Shown in pieces: positions 19,868 through 26,530 of a DNA stretch of 26,530 bases; positions within the stretch are counted from its first letter, which is position 1, and every line of letters begins with the position of its first letter. The position numbers and the translations under genes are program-made. The DNA lies in the NCBI GenBank assembly GCA_938084645.1, contig CALKEP010000061.1, positions 1-26,530 on the forward strand, read 5' to 3'. The DNA comes from an uncultured Phycisphaerales bacterium (GTDB lineage Bacteria; Planctomycetota; Phycisphaerae; Phycisphaerales; SM1A02). Below the pieces are notes generated by a model. The model was not told where the DNA came from. It did no database searches and saw only the letters and a list, made by a program, of their open reading frames with translations.

Positions 19868-21073
19868 GTGCCAGCCGAACGAACCATCCTCCACCTCGAC
19901 ATGGACGCGTTCTTCGCGTCGGTCGAGCAGCGCGACGATCCTGCGTTGCGGGGACGTCCGGTCCTGGTGGGGGGACGGGGTGGTCGCGGGGTGGTCGCCG
20001 CCGCGAGTTACGAAGCACGCCGCTCGGGGTGCCGGTCGGCGATGCCGATGGCCGAAGCCCTTCGACGATGCCCCGAAGCGGTGGTGGTCAAGCCGTCGTT
20101 CGAGCGATACGAGGCGGATTCATCCCGGATCATGGAGATCCTCGAGACCGCCTCGCCGATGGTGGAGCCGTTGTCGATCGACGAAGCGTTCATCGACGTC
20201 ACGGGATCGAGGCGGCTGCTCGGTGCGGGGCCGGTGATCGCGAGAGGACTCAAGCAGACGATCAAGGGCGAACTGGGGCTCACCGCGAGCGTCGGCGTCG
20301 CGCCGTGCAAGTTCGTCGCGAAGATCGCGTCCGATCTCGAGAAACCGGACGGGCTCACGGTGTTCGAGGCGGAGGGCGTCGCGGCGCGGCTCGCATCACT
20401 GCCGATCGAACGGATGTGGGGGATCGGGCCGAAGAGCAGGGCGCGGTTCGAAGCCCGGGGCATTCGTCGGTTCGAGGATCTGCAGCGATGGTCGCCCGAG
20501 TCCCTCGCGGCGACCTTCGGTGACGCGGCGGCCCGGTTCCACACGCTTGCACACGGTGTCGACGATCGCCCGGTGGTCGGCGACCGGACCGCGAAGTCGA
20601 TCGGGCACGAACAGACCTTCGGGGTCGACCTCGGAGATCCCTCGGAGGTCGAGGCGGTGCTGCTTCGACACGTCGAGCGGGTCGGAACGCGGCTTCGTCG
20701 CCGCGGACGCCGGGCCAGGTCGGTGGTCGTGAAGATCCGCGACGGCGCCTTCGTGACCAACACCAGGTCCGCGACGCTCGACCGCGCCACGGACCGGACC
20801 GACCTGCTCTGGGAGACCGCTCGGACGTTGTTTCGCGCCTGGTCGTTCCGCCCGGTCCGGCTCATCGGCATGTCGGCGGAGCGATTCGAGGACGACGATC
20901 CCGGACTCTTCACGGGCATCGACGAGGAGGAGTCGCGCTCCCGCCGACTCGATGCCGCGACCGACGCGATCCGCGATCGGTTCGGCGGCGAGGCGATCGC
21001 GCGAACCGCGGCGTCGTTTCCCCCGGGGAACGCCCGGGAGCGAAGCGAAGGGGATGAGCGGTCGGGCTCCTGA
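19868..21073 (+). CDS. dinB: DNA polymerase IV (Y family)
   Basis: ILHLDMDAFFASVE, AASYEAR, SIDEAF, KIASDLEKPDG, WGIG, KSIGHEQTF, VRLIG. Start most likely GTG 19868 (or 19865) rather than ATG 19808. Confidence 0.95.
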   Translation: MPAERTILHLDMDAFFASVEQRDDPALRGRPVLVGGRGGRGVVAAASYEARRSGCRSAMPMAEALRRCPEAVVVKPSFERYEADSSRIMEILETASPMVEPLSIDEAFIDVTGSRRLLGAGPVIARGLKQTIKGELGLTASVGVAPCKFVAKIASDLEKPDGLTVFEAEGVAARLASLPIERMWGIGPKSRARFEARGIRRFEDLQRWSPESLAATFGDAAARFHTLAHGVDDRPVVGDRTAKSIGHEQTFGVDLGDPSEVEAVLLRHVERVGTRLRRRGRRARSVVVKIRDGAFVTNTRSATLDRATDRTDLLWETARTLFRAWSFRPVRLIGMSAERFEDDDPGLFTGIDEEESRSRRLDAATDAIRDRFGGEAIARTAASFPPGNARERSEGDERSGS

Positions 21074-21076
21074 CGT

Positions 21077-21107
21077 GAAACGCCGCCGTCCCGAAGGACG
21101 GCGGCGT
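21077..21107 (-). terminator. Hairpin between convergent dinB and M28 genes (probable terminator, possibly bidirectional)
   Basis: 12-bp perfect stem acgccgccgtcc/ggacggcggcgt; minus-strand loop is c(UUCG)g followed by a short U run. Confidence 0.75.
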
Positions 21108-21133
21108 CGACGTTCACGGTCGGTCGTGTCGAA

Positions 21134-23041
21134 TCACTCGGGTGCGAGCATCTTCAGGAACACGATTCGTTCCTCGCCGTCGCGTTCGATCAGCACCTGC
21201 ACCTCGTCGCCGGGGCTCAATTCGGCCAGTCGGCTCACGAGTTCGGCCCGCGACTTCATCGGGTTCTTGTCCCACTTCTTGATGATGTCGCCGGCCTGGA
21301 TCCCGCCCTTGTCGGCGGTCGAATCGGCGGTGACGTTCACGACTTCGAGGCCGGCGTCATCGGCCAGCTGTCGTGATCGGATTCCCAGTCGCACGCGGAG
21401 CGCTCGAGGGCGGGCGGGGCCGGGGGCCCGGGCGGAGCCGGAATCCGAATCGCTGGTGCCGAAGGCGAACTTCTCGGGACGCTTCGCGGCGTCGAGGGCG
21501 AGTTCGTGGAAGAGCTTGACGGTCTTGACGCCGGCGGTCCGGTAGATCTGATCCGGCGTGTCGTCGGGCGTGTGGTAGTCGTCGTGGAAGTCCGCACAGA
21601 TCGCGAAGAGGATCGGGATGCCCTTGCGGTAGAAACTCGCGTGGTCGCTGCCACCACCGCGCATCCCCTCCTTGAGCACGATCTCCATGCCGCAGTCGTC
21701 GAAGAACGGCTGGGCCCATTCACGCATGCCTTCGCCGGTGTCCACCCCGGTGACGCTCAGGCCCTGCTCGTTGACCCGCCCGATCATGTCGAAATTGATC
21801 ATCAGGGCGACGTCGTCGATCTCGTGCGGGGGGTTGTCGACGTAGTACCGGGAACCGTTGAGGCCGCTCTCCTCGGCGTCGAACGCCGCGAACATGATCG
21901 ATCGGAGTGGCATGTCCTCGGGGAGTTCGTCGTAGGCGGCTCGGAGGCTCTCGCCCAGCATCATCAGGGCCGCCGCGCCCGAGGCGTTGTCGTCGGCGCC
22001 GGGGTGGAGATTGCCGGAGCCCCTTCGGGAGCCGAATTCGCCCATGCCGAGGTGATCGAGATGTCCGCCGATCACGATGTACTCGTCCTTCAGGTCGCCT
22101 CGACCCGGGAGCACCCCGAGGACGTTCTCGGCGTAGCTCGGGGTTCGTTCCATCGCGCCGGCGGCGGCGACCGATCCCTCGAATTCGACCACGGTCGTGC
22201 CCTGATCGGCGAGCTTGCGGAGTTCGAGCAGGGAACGGCCCTTCGGGTCGCAGGCGGCGGCGAGCATCTCGCCGGCTTCCGGGGTCATCATGAACACGGG
22301 GACGTCATCGATGACCTTCGAGGAGCCTCGCATCAGCTCGCCGGAACGGGGGTCGTTCGCGCCCGGGGGATTGATGAGGATCACGCCCGCGGGGTTCCGC
22401 TTCTCGAGAGCGCCGAACTTGCTCGCGAAGGTGGACTTGCGGGACCAGCGTCGCTCGTTCCAGAGGCTGTTGCCTTCCTCGTCCATCGGTTCGAAACGCA
22501 TCATCACCGCGATCTTGCCGGTGAGGTCGGTGTCCTCCTCGAAGGACTGATAGTCGTCGTTGCCGTCCTCGATCGAATAGCCCACGAAGACCATGTCGCC
22601 CTCGACTTCGCCGTCGCCTCCGAGTCCCGTGAATTCGAAGTCCTCGCCGAGTTCGAACACGACTTCGCCGTTCGCCCCGTCGATCACGAGGGACTGGTCT
22701 CGAAACTCCGTCTTGGATCCGAGTTCGAACGCCTGCTTCCAGCTCCGCTCCCCGGTCTCGGCGTCGACCATGCCGGGTTCGAGACCGGCCTGTTCGTACC
22801 AGTAGATGACGTAGTCGCGGGCCTTCTCCATCCCCGGCGTTCCCGGGAGTCGGCCACCCATCCACGGACTGGAGAGGATCGTGATGTGATCGTTGAAGAC
22901 CCGTTCCTCGACGGGGACCTCGATCATCGCCTCGCGAATCCGGTCGCCTTCCTCGGTCGCGATCGCGGTGGCGGCACCGGCGAGACCGAGGGTGAGCAGG
23001 ATCGGGGTGAGGTGGACGCGGCGGAATTGAATCGGGTTCAC
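21134..23041 (-). CDS. Secreted M28 family metallopeptidase with PA and C-terminal PDZ domains
   Basis: Signal peptide; GRLPGT; PA insert (MVFVGY, GKIAV); GGHLDHLG, GADDNASG, AEESGL, NFDMIG, SDH, DYH; PDZ (RLGI...ADKGGIQAGDII). Start set at GTG 23041 after GGAG. Confidence 0.92.
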   Translation of the reverse strand: MNPIQFRRVHLTPILLTLGLAGAATAIATEEGDRIREAMIEVPVEERVFNDHITILSSPWMGGRLPGTPGMEKARDYVIYWYEQAGLEPGMVDAETGERSWKQAFELGSKTEFRDQSLVIDGANGEVVFELGEDFEFTGLGGDGEVEGDMVFVGYSIEDGNDDYQSFEEDTDLTGKIAVMMRFEPMDEEGNSLWNERRWSRKSTFASKFGALEKRNPAGVILINPPGANDPRSGELMRGSSKVIDDVPVFMMTPEAGEMLAAACDPKGRSLLELRKLADQGTTVVEFEGSVAAAGAMERTPSYAENVLGVLPGRGDLKDEYIVIGGHLDHLGMGEFGSRRGSGNLHPGADDNASGAAALMMLGESLRAAYDELPEDMPLRSIMFAAFDAEESGLNGSRYYVDNPPHEIDDVALMINFDMIGRVNEQGLSVTGVDTGEGMREWAQPFFDDCGMEIVLKEGMRGGGSDHASFYRKGIPILFAICADFHDDYHTPDDTPDQIYRTAGVKTVKLFHELALDAAKRPEKFAFGTSDSDSGSARAPGPARPRALRVRLGIRSRQLADDAGLEVVNVTADSTADKGGIQAGDIIKKWDKNPMKSRAELVSRLAELSPGDEVQVLIERDGEERIVFLKMLAPE

Positions 23042-23224
23042 GGTGTGTTGACTCCGGATCGTGAAAGGCGACCGTTCGAAGGGTCGGAGGGGTGGAGCAT
23101 AGGGCCGAGCCGCGGCTCGGGTCGGATCCCGGCGCCGCGTCCCCGAAGCCTCAGAGGCCCCGGGTCCGGATTCAACCGTCGTTGCCGAAGGGGGTTGCAC
23201 GCCGCGGCCGACACCCGGGATGCG

Positions 23225-23230
23225 TAGACT
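23225..23230 (+). promoter_or_regulatory. -10 element TAGACT 6 nt before ATG 23237; probable leaderless promoter
   Basis: TAGACT-cgggac-ATG. Confidence 0.5.
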
Positions 23231-23236
23231 CGGGAC

Positions 23237-24577
23237 ATGAACACGCTCGTCGACCGCCCCTGGCGTCTTCTCCCAACAGCGATTCCCGCGTTCGTCGTCC
23301 TCCTTGTCGCCGCGATCGCACCGGCGGACGTCCATCCCCAGGACGGTCCGCACGTCGATGTCCGGATCTCGATCGATGAATCCGCGGTGGTCGTCCGGCT
23401 CGAGATGAACCTCGTGTTCCTCGACCACATCGTCGACTTTCCGCGGGAGGAGCCGGCCCGGATCTCCACCATCGAGTGGCCGGCGGTCGAGCCACTCCTG
23501 CTGGAGTTCTTCACCCGTCGTCATCCGCTCCGGATCGATGGGCAGTTGGTCGAGCCATCCGTGGAGGGGCTTCAGATCAACGATCCGGATCTCGCGCTCC
23601 TGCCCTTGTTCCCGATCTCCGGGGAACGTGGCCTGCGCAAGATCCGATTCGAACTGGTGTATCCGACCGACGGGAAGCCGTCGACGGTCGAACTCTCGTG
23701 GACGACGTTCCCGCCGGACATCCTCACCGATGCGGTCGATCCGCCGCCGCTCGACATCGCGGCCGAACTCGATGCCGAGGGCGTGCGACAGCCGCTCCTC
23801 TTCAGCGGTGACCGCCCCGGCGTCACCTGGAAGGCGATGGGGGAGTCGATCGACGCTCGATTGCTCGAGGTGCCCGCTTCCCCCGTCGATCCGCCGGTCG
23901 CGATTCCAGTGCTGGCGATCCTGCTCTTCGCGGTCGGTGGAATCGTGATCGTCGTGGGGATCGGGATGTCGCGGACGTCCGGATCGTCGAGACCGATCGC
24001 GGCCTCGGTGGTCATCGAAGGTCTCTTCCTGATCGGTGGCGTCGCGGTGCTGCTCACCGACGTGGGAACGGTCGAGTTCGGCGGCGGCCCCCGGGCGCCG
24101 GATGCCGAGGAGGCCGAGGCGATCTTCCGCCCGCTGCATGCGAACGTCTACCGAGCCTTCGACTACGTCGACGAAGGGGACATCTACGACGCGCTGGATC
24201 GAAGCGTCCAGGGCCCGTTCCTGCAGAAGCTGTATCGCACCATCTTCCAGGGGCTCGTGATGCAGGAGGAGGGCGGTGCGGTGGCACGAATCTCCGAAGT
24301 CCGACCGATCGACATCGTCGTCGGGGAGATCCGACAGGAGGATGGAGACGGCGGGGACGCACGATCGGCGTTCGAGGTCGACTGTCGCTGGCAGGTCGAA
24401 GGCGTGGTGAGCCACTGGGGCCACAGCCATCGACGCATCAACGAGTACGTGGCCGAATGGGATGTCGTCGACGGGCCGGATGGTTGGCGATTGGTCGATG
24501 CGCGGATCACCGAGCAGGATCGAATCGAATCCCCCGACGAGGACCACTTCGGCGACGGAGACGAATTCGAACTTTGA
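23237..24577 (+). CDS. Hypothetical membrane protein (signal peptide, soluble domain, 2 TM helices, C-terminal domain with HWGHSH)
   Basis: Protein-like composition, hydrophobic N-terminus, central TM hairpin; fills the gap between M28 and GYF_2 genes. No family recognised with confidence. Confidence 0.8.
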   Translation: MNTLVDRPWRLLPTAIPAFVVLLVAAIAPADVHPQDGPHVDVRISIDESAVVVRLEMNLVFLDHIVDFPREEPARISTIEWPAVEPLLLEFFTRRHPLRIDGQLVEPSVEGLQINDPDLALLPLFPISGERGLRKIRFELVYPTDGKPSTVELSWTTFPPDILTDAVDPPPLDIAAELDAEGVRQPLLFSGDRPGVTWKAMGESIDARLLEVPASPVDPPVAIPVLAILLFAVGGIVIVVGIGMSRTSGSSRPIAASVVIEGLFLIGGVAVLLTDVGTVEFGGGPRAPDAEEAEAIFRPLHANVYRAFDYVDEGDIYDALDRSVQGPFLQKLYRTIFQGLVMQEEGGAVARISEVRPIDIVVGEIRQEDGDGGDARSAFEVDCRWQVEGVVSHWGHSHRRINEYVAEWDVVDGPDGWRLVDARITEQDRIESPDEDHFGDGDEFEL

Positions 24578-24595
24578 ATCCGGATCGCCGGAGCG

Positions 24596-25579
24596 TCACC
24601 CGGTCGACCCGGGGACGTCGTCGGTCCGCCGGGAATCGAGGTCGGCGATCGCCGCGTTTCTCGCCTCGTCGAGCCTGCCGAGGTGCCAGGCGGTGACGCG
24701 TCCACACGGGAACGAGATCGACTCCCCGCCATCGACGACCAGCGCCCGGGAGGTCGAGGTCAGCAGCAGCAGGACTCCGGCCAGACCGAAGATCGCGGCG
24801 ATGGCGACGCTCGCGCCGGTCGACGCCGCGGCGATCGAGGTGCCGGCGGCGGCGTCGAGGGCCGTCGTCACCGTGCCGAGAAGGCCTGCGCCCACGACGG
24901 TGAGAATCGCGTTCAAGAGCAGGATCGCGCCGAAGACGAGTCGAAGCGGACTCGTCCGGCGTTCGACGCCGATGGATCGGATCCGTTCGGGATACGCGAT
25001 CCGGGTGGACTGGGTCATGAGATCGGGCAGGACCGTGGCGATCCGTCGATTGGTGCAGATCAGCGCGCCCCGCCGTCCGAGCACCGCGGCGAGGAGCGAG
25101 TTCCGGGTCATGTCGAGAAACGACTGGTTCAGCGTGAAGACATCGGACTCACCGGGCAGGCGCTCGACCAGCACGCCGTTCTCGACCAGCGCGTTCGCGT
25201 TGGCGGAGGCCCGCGCGAGATCGAGCTCGTGTCCCGAGCCCGATGTTCGTTCGAACACCGTCGAAACGAGGTCGTCCGGCTCGGCATCCTCAGCCTCTTC
25301 AAGGGGCTCCGGAGTCGACTCGAACTCGGTGATCTCCAGTTCGGGGGCGTTCTCGGCGCCGCTGGGCAGGCCGGGCCCGGGGGAGGGTGCATCGGTACGC
25401 GGAGTCGGGGGGCGGTCGCCGAGGCCGGGGATCCGCTCGAACGGACTCCAGGTCCGACCGGTCTCGCGGCGGACGAAATCGCCGGGGCCGAGCCGACGTT
25501 GATCGGCGAGTTCCCGCAGTTCATCGCTGCCGAACGGGCCGTACTCCCGGCCGTCCACGCTTCGAACGATGTATTTCAT
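24596..25579 (-). CDS. GYF_2 (DUF4339) domain membrane protein
   Basis: N-terminal REYGPFGSDELRELADQRRLGPGDFVRRETGRTW matches the GYF_2 pattern; acidic/Pro linker; C-terminal TM hairpin; AAGGAG RBS upstream. Confidence 0.75.
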   Translation of the reverse strand: MKYIVRSVDGREYGPFGSDELRELADQRRLGPGDFVRRETGRTWSPFERIPGLGDRPPTPRTDAPSPGPGLPSGAENAPELEITEFESTPEPLEEAEDAEPDDLVSTVFERTSGSGHELDLARASANANALVENGVLVERLPGESDVFTLNQSFLDMTRNSLLAAVLGRRGALICTNRRIATVLPDLMTQSTRIAYPERIRSIGVERRTSPLRLVFGAILLLNAILTVVGAGLLGTVTTALDAAAGTSIAAASTGASVAIAAIFGLAGVLLLLTSTSRALVVDGGESISFPCGRVTAWHLGRLDEARNAAIADLDSRRTDDVPGSTG

Positions 25580-25780
25580 GTGCGGGATCTCCTTGCCGGG
25601 TCCGGGATCGTTTCGAGCGCGAGGCTAACCGTCCCGGGACCCCGACGCCAGTGGTTCCGACGCGAGCGATCATCTGAAAGCGAGTGCCGATTGTCCCGGC
25701 TCCCGGGGATTCAGGGCGGGACATGCTCGATCCGTGGCCGTCGTTGGGTATCCTCGAGACATCCTCCCGGAGCCCTTCGC

Positions 25781-26530
25781 GTGATCGATCTCTCCTCCAT
25801 CGTCCTTCCAGAGGTTCTCGACCCCGTACTCGGTGGAATCGCCGCCACGAGCAGTGGCGGTGATGATCGGTGGATGCGGCTGCTCGGCCGACTTCACCCG
25901 TTGATCGTCCACTTCCCGATCGGCCTCGCGATCACCGCGGCGGTGGTGGAACTCGTGAACATCATTCGTCGTCGACGTGATGCATCGCCATTCGCGTTCA
26001 CCGCGACGGGCATTGCGGCGGGAACGGCGATCGTCGCCGCGTTCTTCGGCTGGTTGAACGCCGACTACGAGGGTGCGACACAGGGGACCACCCTTTTTCT
26101 CCACCGATGGCTCGGGATCATCGCGGCAGGTGGACTCTCCATCGTCTTCCTCGCGGGCCTCGTCGGTCGGAGCGGGGTTCGAATCACCGCGTTCAATGGA
26201 TATCGCTGGGGACTTCTCATCTGTGCCGTGGTGCTGGCGGTGGGATCGCACTTCGGTGGTGAGATGGTCTACGGCAAGGGCTATCTGACCAAGGTGATCT
26301 TCGCCTCCAGTGACAAGCCCGCCGACGCGGATGCCGATGGGGCTGCGACGACGGAGGATGCGAGTGCGACGCCGACCGCGGAGGCGACGCCGGCGACGGA
26401 TGCCGCAAAGATCGATTTTCGTCGCGACGTGCTTCCGATCTTCGAGGCCCGCTGCGTCGAATGTCACGGGCCGGACAAGGTGAAGGGTGACCTTCGACTC
26501 GACAGCGAGTCCGCGATCTTCGCCGGTGAT
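25781..26530 (+). CDS. DUF2231-like membrane domain + planctomycete cytochrome c (PSCyt1) protein (3' partial)
   Basis: Not in the ORF track because it runs off the window. From GTG 25781: ...LLGRLHPLIVHFPIGL..., LHRWLG, VGSHFGGEMVYG, then in the same frame IDFRRDVLPIFEARCVECHGPDKVKGDLRLDS (CxxCH). Confidence 0.88.
   Translation, partial: MIDLSSIVLPEVLDPVLGGIAATSSGGDDRWMRLLGRLHPLIVHFPIGLAITAAVVELVNIIRRRRDASPFAFTATGIAAGTAIVAAFFGWLNADYEGATQGTTLFLHRWLGIIAAGGLSIVFLAGLVGRSGVRITAFNGYRWGLLICAVVLAVGSHFGGEMVYGKGYLTKVIFASSDKPADADADGAATTEDASATPTAEATPATDAAKIDFRRDVLPIFEARCVECHGPDKVKGDLRLDSESAIFAGD

Noticed and set aside
23105..23120. Perfect 16-bp GC palindrome ccgagccgcggctcgg (also cggcccgcgcgggccg at 10803-10818, and gccgcgg near several -10 elements)
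   Set aside because: Nearly all G/C, different sequences, and inconsistent spacing to the -10 hexamers; plausible by chance at this GC content.
23042..24547. N-terminal ~500 aa of the 1137-aa minus-strand ORF, implying a giant M28 fusion
   Set aside because: This part is antisense to the 23237-24577 gene. A signal peptide and GGAG RBS at GTG 23041 mark the real M28 start.
25670..26467. 265-aa minus-strand ORF
   Set aside because: Shadow of the plus-strand DUF2231-PSCyt1 gene, which has recognisable motifs.

Overview
High-GC (roughly two-thirds G+C by eye) bacterial chromosomal DNA, almost certainly Planctomycetota and probably Phycisphaerae. The evidence is a PSCyt1/DUF1549/DUF1553 plus DUF1501 gene pair, a DUF1559-like prepilin, a DUF2231-PSCyt1 gene and two proteins ending in a Cys-flanked dockerin-like double repeat. 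About 20 genes: a 5'-truncated vanadium-haloperoxidase/PAP2-fold protein, three secreted peptidases (S9B, M14, M28-PA-PDZ), a Gly-rich RRM protein, a Tat-exported NHL protein coupled to a paired SMR transporter, a divergent SirB1-like protein, a P1B-4 ATPase coupled to a NitT/TauT ABC transporter, dinB, two membrane hypotheticals and a 3'-truncated cytochrome c gene missing from the ORF track. I saw no tRNA, rRNA, CRISPR array or mobile element. Best observations: (1) a von Hippel-Lindau (VHL) beta-domain with its hydroxyproline-pocket residues at exact pVHL spacing, inside a DPP-IV-like peptidase; (2) a stand-alone PAL-like lyase with all metal and catalytic motifs, in an operon with a YkkC/YkkD-like pair; (3) a recurring TANNNT-N6-start leaderless signature; (4) frequent GCGATCGC (HIP1-like) palindromes. 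All family calls are from motif recognition by eye, not database searches.
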